From NCBI GenBank assembly GCA_023334545.1, contig JAADVB010000004.1, forward strand, positions 62,001 through 126,000: DNA of 64,000 bases, given 5' to 3'. The DNA is from Salisapilia sapeloensis CBS 127946. Lineage: Eukaryota; Protista; Oomycota. The notes under the pieces were generated by a model. The model was not told where the DNA came from and searched no databases. It saw only the letters and a program-made list of their open reading frames with translations. Positions 10,479 through 22,025 of this stretch are shown in pieces; positions within the stretch are counted from its first letter, which is position 1, and each line of letters opens with the position of its first letter. The position numbers and the translations under genes are program-made.

Positions 10479-12625
10479 TTACTTGTCCTTCTTGTCGTTC
10501 AAGCTGCGGTCCAAGAGCTCTCCAAGCAGGTCGTTCAGACCAGTCAGCAAAGATCTACCGTCATCCACAAGTCCAGCCGCCACGGTCGCGTTCGTGTACA
10601 CTTGTTTGGCCACCTTGGTCGCCAACTCTGAGTCGGTGCTGCGGAGAGAATTGAGGTCGACGATAAGCGGGTGCTTCGGGTTCACCTCCACCGTGTGCTT
10701 GCCCAGAGGGGCCGCGTTCTCACCCTGCGAGTCGTTGACCATGGCCATCATCTTGCGCACCGCTGCGGACTCGTGGTCCGAGATGATGGCAGGAGATTCG
10801 CTCAGTCGAGACGTGAACTTGACGTCCGTAACGACGTTCTCACCAAGCGTCATCTTGAGCCACGCACCAAACTCGGTTTGTTCACTCTCTGACAGCTTCT
10901 TCGTGTTGCTGTCGTCATCGTCCTCGACATCCAGCTTGGCATGCTCCGCCGACACGACCTTTCGGCCGTTGAACTCGGCGACGTTGGACATGACAAAGTC
11001 GTCGATCGGGTGGTAGACGAACAGCACTTCCTTTCCAGTCTTCTTGAAGCCCTCATAGTACGGCGAAGACTCGGCGATTTCTCTCGTTGGCGCACACAAG
11101 TAGTAAATCTCGTTCTGGTCCGGCGGACAGCGACTGATGTACTCGTCGAGCGTCGTGTGCTTCTCCTTGTCCAGACCACTCGACTCGTATCGGAGCAGCT
11201 TGGCGAGAGCGTCCTTGTGTGTAAAGTCGGTGCAGATACCTTCCTTAATGAACTGTCCAAACTCTTGGAAGAACTTTTCGAACTGCTCGGGTTCCTTGGC
11301 AGACTTTTGCTCCAAGAAACGGATCACACGTCGCGTCAGAACGTCCTTGAGCTTTACGATCAGTCGGCTGTCCTGCATCTTTTCTCGCGAAAGACTGAGC
11401 GGCAAGTCCTCGGAATCGACGACACCACGGACGAAGCGCAGCCAGTCCGGAAGGATGTCCGCCGAGTTGCGCTCGATCAACACCTTTCGACTGTACAAGC
11501 TGACTCCAGGCGACATGCGCTCGTAGCCGAACTTTTCGGCGTGCGAGGAGCCGACGAAGAGCAGTGCCTTGAGCTCCAACGGAGCGTCCGCTCGGAACAG
11601 CAGTCGGTACTGAGGCTCATCGAAGGCGTTCGAGATGAACTTGTAGAACTCAGAGTACTCTTCCTCCGACACTTCGTTCTCCGGCTTCGTCCACAGCGCC
11701 TGCACCGTGTTCACGGCCTCTCCATTCAGCAGAATGGGGAAGGAGACAAAGTTGGAGTACTGACGGATGATCTGTTCGATACGCGATGCCTTGGCATAGT
11801 CTTTGCTAGCTTCGCTAAGGTTGATCACAATCTTACTACCTCGCGCAACGGCATCGTCCGCGGCCGGTAGGATCTCGTACGATCCGCTACCGTCAGAGCG
11901 CCAGACGTGAGGACCTTCCGACGAGCTTGCAGAGCGCGTCGTAACGTCAACGGAGTCAGCAACCATAAATGCCGAGTAGAATCCGACACCGAATTTTCCG
12001 ATAATGCCTTGCAGGGCATCGCCCGACTCCGATCCGCTCTTTTCCTTCAGCTCTTCCAAGAACGCCTTGGATCCGGAGCGAGCGATGGTACCCAAGTTGC
12101 TGACTAGTTCATCCTTGGTCATACCGATACCAGTGTCCTGGATTGTGATCGTGCCCTTCTCTTCGTCCGTTGTGACTTCGATCTGCGGCTCCAGCTCTGG
12201 GCTGTGGATGTCCTGGTTCGTTGCCTGCAAGTGACGCACCTTTTCCAAGGCGTCCGAGGCATTCGAGATGAGCTCACGGATGAAAACTTCCTTGTCAGTG
12301 TAGATCGAGTGCGTCACGATATCCAAAAGCTGGCGCGTCTCCGCTTGGAATTCGTGCTTGTCACCTATTGCAAAAGTATATATCCATTAAATCGTTGCAA
12401 ATACGACTAGGATCATAAATAAAGCGTACCTTTGTTATCAGAGCTGGTGCTCATGGCAGCAGTCAGCATGGAGCTACTGGCACGAGGCAAGTGGCTGCGC
12501 ACTGCCAGTCTAGAGATAGGCATGGAACTAAAGCGCTTGCTGTGGCTAGTAGCAGCTCCATGGGCGCTACGAGAAGCCGCGACGCGCCACTGTTTCGCTG
12601 CGCGCTGCACAGTCGACCGAATCAT
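10479..12625 (-). CDS. TRAP1: Mitochondrial HSP90 (TRAP1/HSP75); 2 exons
   Basis: KHEFQAETRQLLDIVTHSIYTDKEVFIRELISNASDALEK; DTGIGMT; LGTIARSGSKAF; IIGKFGVGFYSAF; GVVDSEDLPLSLSRE. No C-terminal MEEVD. Arg/Ser-rich presequence in exon 1 (12625-12430). Confidence 0.96.
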
Positions 12626-12828
12626 GTTTGCTTGTCAAATTAGCTTGTCTGGGCCACAGAAGCAAACCACTTGCGTTTAACAAGTCGCGTACAACATACG
12701 TCTTCAACGAGAGGTGCCTCGAAGGTTGCGCAAACGCTACAAAGACAAGATACTTCAAGCTAAGTTCGTCTCAGCGACATCAAGCGCCGTCAGCACATTT
12801 GTACTTTTGCTTTCGATAGCTCAGGGCG

Positions 12829-14674
12829 ATGCTTTCTCGACTTCTTCGTTCTACCTCTTCTCTATCCTCCCGCTCGTCTGTATCTCTACAGCGGTCGTTG
12901 AGCACAGCGAGACGAACGGCGTCTCCAGAGACGATTGAAAAGCTCCAGGAGCTTCTCGGTGATCGCCTCTCGACTTCCTACTCGGTGTTGGAGGTACACT
13001 TCCGTAGTCATTTTCCTAGGTCAACCAAGTACCTTACGACTGGTCTGCACGTTCATAGCAACATGGACAAGATGAGTCGTACCATGACAACGCTCCGCCG
13101 GATGCAGTTGCGTTCGTAAACTCGACGGAGGAAGTATCAAAAGTTGTACAGATCTGTGCAGCAGCCAACACCCCTGTCATTCCATTCGGAGCTGGTATAT
13201 ACTTTACCAAGTTTGGACTGTAGATTTTGTACTAAAGGCGTGTGTCTGACAGGTACATCGCTTGAAGGCCATATTGCTGCCCTCGAAGGTGGTGTGACGA
13301 TCGACCTCACCGGCATGAATGAAATTATTTCCGTACTGTTCCTGTGTTCAAAGCACGTTTCTATGTAAGATGCTAACGACAGGTTGACACAGGTCGAACC
13401 GGAGAATATGGCGTGCAGAGTGCAGGCGGGTGTCACGCGAGAACAGCTGAACATCGATCTGCGTGAAACCGGTCTCTTCTTCCCCGTCGACCCAGGCGCA
13501 AATGCTAGTATTGGAGGCATGCTATCCACCAACGCTTCTGGTACCACCACTGTTCGGTACGATCCATAGCTTCTTTAGGATAAACAAGATCCAGGTCTAA
13601 AGCGCGCTATAGATATGGGAACATGAAGACTGCCGTCATGGGCGTTACTGCTGTCATGGCGGACGGAAAGATCGTCAAGTTCGGCACCAAGTAGATCGAT
13701 CTTTCCTGCTTATGAACGAATTCATCCACTAACTCAACATTCAGGACGCGTAAGACGTCCGCTGGGTACGACCTCACTCGTCTCTTCATCGGTGCAGAGG
13801 GCACTCTGGGTATCGTCACGGAGGTACACGGTTTCCACCTTATGATCACCCCCCCCCGACTGACATGTCAATAGGCTGAAATTCGTCTGTTCGGTATCCC
13901 GGAGGCAGAGAAGACGATGATCTGCTCCTTCGCCAGCATCAAGGATGCCGTGGACGCTTGTGCGGCTGTCATGCAGATGGGTATCCCTGTGGCACGTATG
14001 GAACTCATGGATGAAGGTTGTGTCGCTGCCGTGAACGCGTACTCGAACCTGGACACTGCCGTGAAGCCAACGTTATTGATCGAACACCATGGATCCACGA
14101 GTGAGATTCAGGAGCAGAGCGAAGTCGTGCAGGAGCTTGTGAACGACTTTGGAGCGGAAGGCATCCAGCTCGCTGACACGCCGGAAGAGCGAAAACACTT
14201 GTGGAGCGGACGCCACAGTGCTTGGTACGCCACCAGAGTATGTTTTCCTCTCTCGATCTACGTTTGTACGGAAGCTAACGATAAAGATAGAATCACATTC
14301 CAGGAAGCAGTGCCCTCTCGACGGACGTGTGTGTGCCTATCGCCAACCTGGCAGACGTCATCGTGGACACGCAGGAAGATATCAAGAAGACGGGGATCTA
14401 CGGGAACATTGTCGGGCACGTCGGTGATGGCAACTTCCACGTCATGATCCCGATCAAGCAGGATGAAGGGTACTTGCAGCAAGTCAAGGACTTTTCCGAT
14501 CGACTCGTGGACAGAGCACTGCGGGCAGAAGGAACGTGTACGGGAGAGCACGGCATCGGATATGGCAAGACCAAGTACCTTCGTGCGGAACATGGTGACA
14601 GCGTCGACTTGATGAAGAATTTGAAGCTGGCGTTCGACCCGAAGAACATTTTGAACCCAGGCAAGTTGTTCTAA
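12829..14674 (+). CDS. LDHD: Mitochondrial D-lactate dehydrogenase (FAD-linked oxidase); multi-exon
   Basis: Presequence [11 protein letters not shown]; GTSLEGH; [29 protein letters not shown]; [24 protein letters not shown]; GHVGDGNFH; [13 protein letters not shown]; [13 protein letters not shown]. Confidence 0.94.
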
Positions 14675-14714
14675 AGCAGAAGAGGATAGTGTCTCATGAA
14701 ATGGAAAGACTGGT

Positions 14715-16635
14715 CTATTCCTTCTTCGTCTTGGTGTTCCGATCGCTTGCGCACGTCCATTGCCAATAGGAAAAGTAGACTAGTGCCAGAACTAGGTGGC
14801 CACACGAGTACGCTGCGAAGAGGTAGTCATGGATATGAGGGTACTTGGACGGAGGCTCCACGAGCAGATGGATGAGATGAATGCAGACTACTCCAGCCAA
14901 GGAGATCTAAGTGTTATGCCGTAAGTATTCGATATGGATGGTAAGGATGAGGAACGCTTTTGTGTACGTACCGCAACGTAAGCTTTTAGTAGCGAGTGTG
15001 GCGTGCCGTCAGTGTTGTAGGCGGGAGGCTGTGTGTGTTTCTTTGCTCTTTTAGCTGGCGATGGCGAGTTAAAGTATGGATAGACACCGATAACAAAGTA
15101 GAGACATTGGAGGACTAAGTAGGGTAGCACTTGTCCATCTTTCATCAGGAGGAAGAACATGCTATCATGTAGTATGATGAATGTAGGCTTGATAGATACC
15201 CATGAATGGATTTACCTGAAGGTAGAGAGGAGGCTGAGCCATCCAGACACGAGAGTTGCATATGGCTGCAGGAGTGAAATTGGCAGTAGCGGAAGCAGAA
15301 TTGTTTTTTCATGAACTATTGCATTACGTTCAATCAGCGTGAGTTGACCGGTACATGTTTGACAGTTAGTTACTCGGATACCTTGGAATGAGAAGAGGAA
15401 AAAGGACAAGGAAGCATTGGTCAACGCGAGAAGGAAGCGAACTTTAGACGGTCTTCGTCGTAGCAGATCGACGACGGATGGTAGAAACCCGATAAAAGTG
15501 GTCAGTGTGCTATCATCAAAACAGCCAACGATTTAGTTTTATCAATGATTAAGTCCACAAGTAGTGACTATATGCACAAACCATAGACGCATCTGTTGAT
15601 CGGAAGAAATGCGCTGACGAACTTTGATAAAAAGATCAAGCACACACCAAAAGTTCGCTACCTTGTCCTCAAAGAGTCCTCGTGCAAATGGAAAAATACG
15701 ATGGACAACTGTATACATAAAATTAGAGGCATTATAAAGCGAAAGTATCTATCAAATGGACAACCTTGTGCTAGCGCCGAAACGCACGTTTCTCCTTCTG
15801 GAGTATACACACAAAATGGAGCCCACAAGACGGTGAACGTGGACACGACCGCAACGGCTAGCTTGAAAAAGTGGAAGATAGACTTCCAGCCAGACCGATG
15901 GATGCATCTGGATAGGAGGTAGCAGCCAAAGGCTGGAGCGAAGTATAAAGACATTTGCTTGAAATTAAGCGCGAGGCAGAAAAAGACGCTTCCTAGGAAA
16001 TCATATTCGTTCAACAAGAGACTGATAGCTGCCGCTGTGAGTCCGAGACAGACATTGTTGTACTGAAAGTGGCCATGGTCGATGAGTATGAAGGACGGCT
16101 GTAGCAAGACTAGAACAAAGAACGCGAGGCGCCTGTTGAACTGTTTTCGATGACTCCCGAACAAGCATTTGCTCATGGCATACACTGCTGGGAACAGTAT
16201 AATAAGACCGCACGCAATCACAGATGCTCTCATGTACATCTTGCTAGTTGGAGACTCGTAGCCTCTGGATGCTGTGAATTCCACCATGCTCGGCTCGACA
16301 ATATCCGCACCGAGTCCAAAGACGTAGGACACATAAGCTGTTAATGGTGGATAGTCTAGTCCCCAATATTGCAAATCGTTATCGGTCGAGTTAAAGTACC
16401 ATTTTGACATTGGAAGGTGCAGCGTCAGCTCCATCCAATGCCGCTGAGCCTCATAGTCGCCAAACATGGGCGGTGTGTGCTCCCCCGAGTACGAATTAAG
16501 TCCCACCGTCCACCTCACGAATACCAAAATTAAACAGCATAGCAAAGACCCTGTGACTTGCATCTTGTTCAGTTCAAAATGGCGAGTACATCGCTCGAGG
16601 ATAGGTAGCGACGACTCGAGGAGCTCATTTGCCAT
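14715..16635 (-). CDS. ALG6: Dolichyl-P-Glc:Man9GlcNAc2-PP-Dol alpha-1,3-glucosyltransferase; multi-exon
   Basis: PPMFGDYEAQRHWMELT, YWGLDYPPLTAY, LIDHGHFQYN, ALNFKQMSLY, RIFPFARGLFEDKVANFW, VHEKTILLP, and C-terminal PPSKYP. Confidence 0.93.
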
Positions 16636-16757
16636 ATTCGTGTCGTGCTTTGTTGTCGTGTAAAGTAGCGAAAAGGGATGTCTAGCATCTGACTTGAAGC
16701 AAGTGAAGTAGCGATTATAATCAGGCGCATGAGATGACCCCTCGTTCATTATTGGAA

Positions 16758-17704
16758 ATGTCGTTAGCAGGACGTGTGGCGCTCATCACGGGAGCAGCAT
16801 CCGGTCTAGGCCGAGCAACCGCAGCTCGATTCGTCCAGCAAGGCGCAAGTGTTGTGCTTTGCGACTTGCCCTCATCTGCAGGGGAAGATGTCGCGAAGGA
16901 GCTTGGATCCAACTGTCGCTTTTCGCCCACAGACGTAGGATCTACATGCTTGACAATATACCCAACGCCAAAAGCACTAAATTAATGGCAAACAGGTAAC
17001 GCAAGAAGAAGATGTAATTGCAGCTTTGGACTTGGCGGAAAAGGAGTTTGGGCGGTCCGTGAACGCGGCTGTGAGCTGTGCTGGCGTTGCAATTGCCATG
17101 AAGACCGTGAGCAAGAAAGGAGCTCATTCCCTCGACGCCTTTATCAAAAGCATGAACGTCAACGCTATTGGTACTTTTAATGTCGGACGTTTGTCTGCCG
17201 AAAGGTATCTCCTTCGAATCTTTATCGTGCCAATTCACATGACAAATCCGATATGAACAGAATGTGCAAGGGCGAGCCGTTAGAGAATGGAGAGCGCGGA
17301 GTGATCATCAATACTGCCAGTCCGTTTCTTGTCTATATCTTTGTGTGCGCTTCACGAAGCTAAGTATCAAAATCGTAGGCATTGCTGCGTATGAAGGTCA
17401 GATCGGTCAGGTCGCGTACGCTGCAAGTAAGGGTGCCATCGTTGGCATGACACTGCCAATGGCTCGAGACCTTGCGCCGAACCACATTCGAATCAATGCC
17501 ATTGCACCAGGGCTGTTCAAGACGCCGTTGCTGGCCAATTTGCCAGAGCAAGTGCAGCAGGAGCTTGGTCAGACGATTCCATACCCTTCGCGTCTGGGAG
17601 ACCCGGAGGAGTATGCGCAACTGGCGCAATCGATCGTCGAGAACCCCATGCTAAATGGAGAATGCATTCGTTTAGACGGAGCGCTGCGCATGCCGCCCAA
17701 GTAA
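16758..17704 (+). CDS. HSD17B10: 3-hydroxyacyl-CoA dehydrogenase type 2 (SDR); multi-exon
   Basis: [32 protein letters not shown]|[60 protein letters not shown]. Confidence 0.95.
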
Positions 17705-18659
17705 AGTTGAAATGCAAATTTCTCTAGAAAACAAAGAAGATGACTTCGTCTTCCCATTCGTTTCGCGTCTGTTCTATCTTTATAAATCTTTGATATAGCA
17801 GCACCTTGGTCTGATCCGACTGCTATAAATTCATGCAAAAGAGCTCTGGCTGTGAACAGACACACAGTTTCATCGGATGGTAGACGCACAACACGCGGAT
17901 ACTTGGGGCGTTAGACACGGCGGGCATTCACCTCACTTTCATATTCCGGGCTAATTATAGTCTAGGGTATGAATAGCGCCGCTTGGAGACTGGATATCCG
18001 GGACGAAACAACAATTGGGCGTCTGTTATGGCGCACGAACTTCTGGTTACATTCAACATGGAATTGATCCGGAAACTTGGAGGGTTCCTAGACGCGGTTG
18101 CATAAATACACTGCGGGCAAGACTCTTCCGTCGACCCATGTAGCCACATGGATGCGATTCCGCCCGTTACTGTTTGACGAAATCAACGACAGAAATTGTG
18201 AACACGTCGGTCGCGTGGCGAAATGCGCGGCAGTTCGAATTTTCACTCTGCCGACGTTGATTTGACGACAAACACCTTGCTGAGGAATAGTGGGTGCGTT
18301 ATGCCATCTGCCGCTGCACGTTCGCTTCGGCATCCGTCTCACCGGCCTGCTGCGCATACTCTCTTGCCAGGTCGTCAACTCAATGAACGAGCGATCACGC
18401 TGACCGTTCCGCATCAAACGAAACGCGGCCCATCGGATATGCACAGCTAATTCTACCTATCCTACCGGCCGGATTTTCCGTCGTCGGTCGGAAAAGGACG
18501 GTACGAAAGTGTTCCGAATAGGGCTCAAATTTTCCTGCTGTCCCACTCTGCACGCAAAATAGCGTGTCGTCTACTTTGCTGTAACTTGGTGCTTCCATTT
18601 GGCCAAAAAACAACCAAGAACAGCGAGAAGAAGAGTACTTTGCCCAGTACGCAGCGCTC

Positions 18660-20383
18660 ATGATGACGACGGCACCTTCCACTGCCGACGTGCCTTCCGT
18701 GCCTTCCTCGGTTGGCCCTGCCCCTGGAGACGGCGGTACGAACCCGCCGAGCGACTTCCACCCGACTGACGCGATGACGAAAGAGGATCCGAGCGGGAAG
18801 AAGTCTCCCCCGAAAAAGTCTCGGCGAGAGCTTCCGCCACAGACCGTCGCCATTCTTAAGGGCTGGATGCTCTCTCCGGAGCATATCAAACACCCGTACC
18901 CGACCGACGAGGTAGGAACTCTTGTAGATAAATCAGTGGACGATAGTCTCGATGCTCATGCCATGTATTAGGACAAGCAAATGCTGCTCAAAAAGACTGG
19001 TATTAATATGAAGCAGCTCACGAATTGGTTTACGAACGCCAGAAAGCGCATTTGGAAACCCATGATGCGACGAGAACACTCGAGGCAAATGGAGATGGAA
19101 AAAAGTGGACAAGCTCCTCCGGCAGCGTATGCTTTCACTTCTGCTTTCTTTACCTCTTCTCTTTCTGACATGCCCATTTATAGATTTAATGAGCCCGTAT
19201 ACCCTCCTCGACCGACAGTCAGTCATTCTTTAGACGGTGGTGTCCTGAGCATGTTTCCCAACGCTCCAGGCCAATCATACCCTGCTAGCTACTCCATGAA
19301 CCCTGGCTCCCAGTCGATGATGATGCAGCCGACGTACACGCCAGGGTACGACGGACAATTCGCACAGGAGCTTACTCCACAGTATGGATCGTACCCTGCG
19401 CCAGCCTATCAACCACGCAGCATCCGGACCTTGTCCGAGACGGCCAACGCCGCAGCAGCCGAGTTGGATCAGTACACAGAGTCTCAGCAGCGACGGAAGC
19501 GACCGAGGGAAGAAGAGGAACAAGCCAACGCAAAGAGGTTCCATCCGATGGAAAGTCCGACGTCTCAGGACGTGCTTCAGCGCTTCGTCATGGCGAGAGC
19601 ACAGAGAGGTGACCACGGGCCCGTGTCCGATCTGGAAAAGGTGCAACTATCCAGCGACACTGGCCTGACGCTCGACCAGATCGAGATGTGGCTCCAGTCG
19701 TACACGCAGCAGAGCGCGTCGACGACTAACACTGCCGGCGTCGCCTCGAGACCTTCGACCACGTCCCCGAATGTAAGTGACGACGAACTCGATTCTTTGC
19801 TCTCCATTCTCGTCTAACTAGCTAAATATATGAACGCTTGCATACTAAATCCGCTCCGTGTGCCGATATCTAGACGATGCAGTTGCGTTCCATCCCCAGC
19901 CAGGACAACCCGACCTTCCCGCCGCCGCCAGCGCCCACGCATCCGTCCAGCAAGTCCATTCCTAGTCGCAACAACCCCATGTTCCCAACTCGTCCGTCCG
20001 TTCCGAGCCAAGGCAACCCGACGTTCCCTCCACCTCCATCCGGCGATCAAATGTCTGGAGCGATGTTCCAGCCCAAGAACAGATCCGCTCGTTCCATGTC
20101 CACGAGTGCGTATGGCCAACCTGCTTCGGCACCGAAAGATGCAAATCCAAAGATCTCGCTGCCTGGGCTGGCCAACGGAGGCGCCAAAGCACCTAGCGTC
20201 GGCGTCGCGCGAGACGGTCGGTCGCGTACGTTGGACATGGGTCTCTTCTCGGACGCTCGGAGACGCAAAATGAACTTCCAGGACGTATTGGAGCACGCAA
20301 AGAACCCACCTCCGTCCGGTATCAACTTCACACCGATCCGAGAGAGTCCTCGAGTGGATGACCATGCATCCCACGACCGGTAG
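18660..20383 (+). CDS. TALE (KN-type) homeodomain transcription factor; probably 3 exons including the 19877-20383 ORF
   Basis: KKSRRELPPQTVAILKGWMLSPEHIKHPYPTDE|DKQMLLKKTGINMKQLTNWFTNARKRIWKP (PYP loop). A perfect donor GTAAGT at 19773 joins in phase 0 to the acceptor TCTAG at 19873, in frame with ORF 19877. Without that splice the CDS ends at 19817. Confidence 0.8.
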
Positions 20384-20830
20384 ACAGACGTCGAGTGGCC
20401 TGTTTGCTTTTTCCTCTTTTCATGTTTGCTTTCAAAGTAGATTTTTCTCTCGACAACAAGAGACACAATGTTTGGAAATGACTTGCCGCCTCTTAAGTAC
20501 TCGTATCAGTCGATAGTCCGATGCGGAGACTGTCTGCTAAGGCGTATCCATGTCAAACGCACTCGACACGGCTTACACCTGTGCAAGATCTTCAGCTTTG
20601 ATTACACCACTTACTTGCATTGACTATGGTCCGGAATTTGGTTGGCTCGCTCTCCAGCATCTCGCCAAAGCACCTCCTGTCACGACCTACGGACGTGCAG
20701 TAAACTGACGTCGTTCGACTGATTCGAGAGCAAACGTACTTGCGCTGGACGCGGCATTCTGAAACGCTTTCGAGTCGAACACCAAAGTCGGCCGAACGCA
20801 TAGATCGAGTCTTTTCTGATTCCAGACACG

Positions 20831-21805
20831 ATGCAATCGTCCTATCCTCGTGCTGCGCTACCACCGTTAGCGCTGAGCACGAATGACAGCAAGAACAAGT
20901 CGAAACACTTTGTCGCGGGAGCACTGGGCGGTATGACTGCGGCCGTGCTTACCTGTCCACTCGACGTCGTGCGCACTCGGCTGCAGGCTGCTGTCCACAA
21001 CAATCGAACCGTCCGATCGCAGACGACGCTCGGCACCATGCGCTCAATTGCTGCTCGAGAGTCTATCTTCGGTCTCTGGAGAGGTATTACACCTACGCTC
21101 GTTGCCATTGCCCCTACCAGAGCGATTCACTTCGGAACTTACTCGGAGTTTAAGAAGATCCTGGCGTCGCGTGGATTTGAAGGCAAGCTCTCCAACTTTA
21201 CAGCAGCGTCAGGCGCTGGATGCGTTGCCACAACTCTTCTATGTCCCGTTTGGGTGGTGAAAACGAGATTACAGCTCTTGCCAACGCATGCAAAGCAGCC
21301 TGTTCGCGGAGACGTTCTGTCCTTAGGCATGGCAAATGGAGGCGAGGCCGCCACGAAGGTCGCTCAGAAGCAAATGACTTCGATCAAGCACGTCGTGAAA
21401 GAGATGTATCAGAAAGAAGGCGCACGGGTCTTCTTCCGTGGTCTATCAGCGTCCTACTGGGGTATCTCTGAAAGCGCAATCCAGCTGATGCTGTATGAAG
21501 AGACCAAGCAGCGGATGCAAAACCCGAGTCAGATGAACATGTTCCTAGCTGCCGGTGGGTGCAAGATGGTCGCCAGTGTCCTCACGTATCCACATGAAGT
21601 TGTGCGGACGAGAATACGTGACCAGCGAGAGTATGTTGGCTCGACAGCCGAAGTCAAGTACAAGCGTATGATCCCGTCGATCATACGGATCGCTCGGGAG
21701 GAAGGTGTGCGCGCGCTCTACGGAGGGATGGAAGCTCACTTGTTGCGCACCGTTCCAAACGCCGCCGTCATGTTTGCAGTGGTAGAGCTCGTGTCTGGCC
21801 TGTAA
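20831..21805 (+). CDS. Mitochondrial carrier, pyrimidine nucleotide transporter type (Rim2/SLC25A33/36-like)
   Basis: Three carrier signature repeats: TCPLDVVRTRLQ, LCPVWVVKTRLQ, TYPHEVVRTRIR. Also HFVAGALGGMTAA and LRTVPNAAVMF. Confidence 0.88.
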   Translation: MQSSYPRAALPPLALSTNDSKNKSKHFVAGALGGMTAAVLTCPLDVVRTRLQAAVHNNRTVRSQTTLGTMRSIAARESIFGLWRGITPTLVAIAPTRAIHFGTYSEFKKILASRGFEGKLSNFTAASGAGCVATTLLCPVWVVKTRLQLLPTHAKQPVRGDVLSLGMANGGEAATKVAQKQMTSIKHVVKEMYQKEGARVFFRGLSASYWGISESAIQLMLYEETKQRMQNPSQMNMFLAAGGCKMVASVLTYPHEVVRTRIRDQREYVGSTAEVKYKRMIPSIIRIAREEGVRALYGGMEAHLLRTVPNAAVMFAVVELVSGL

Positions 21806-21906
21806 GCTCCAGCCGACGTGTAGACAGAATGAACTAACTCATAGATTTGCTTGATATCTCATCTCTCTCCTCTTCCTTCAAGTTTCCTTTCAAGGTATCC
21901 CTTCCT

Positions 21907-21966
21907 CTAATTGGTGTAAAACCCTAGATAAAGCATATGATTGGACGAAAAGGCAGCACCAATCGA
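21907..21966. promoter_or_regulatory. Cluster of CCAAT/ATTGG boxes upstream of La gene
   Basis: ATTGG at ~21911 and ~21940 and CCAAT at ~21959, all within 120 bp of the ATG at 22026. Confidence 0.35.
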
Positions 21967-22025
21967 TTCCGTCCACCACCAGCCTCGTTTCATTCAGTAC
22001 GAGTACCATCTAGTAGATATCAAGG

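Noticed and set aside
10941-11870. Long plus-strand ORF (309 aa) and similar ORFs at 6974-7764, 50777-51274, 61687-62103 and 22326-22745
   Set aside because: These are antisense shadows of GC3-rich genuine genes (TRAP1, PRPS-like, NOP56, NIT2, La). They have no motifs and are expected from codon bias.
19877-20383. Independent 168-aa Pro-rich gene
   Set aside because: It lies only 59 bp after the homeobox stop, and a perfect in-frame donor/acceptor pair (19773/19873) explains it better as a terminal exon. Not fully excluded.
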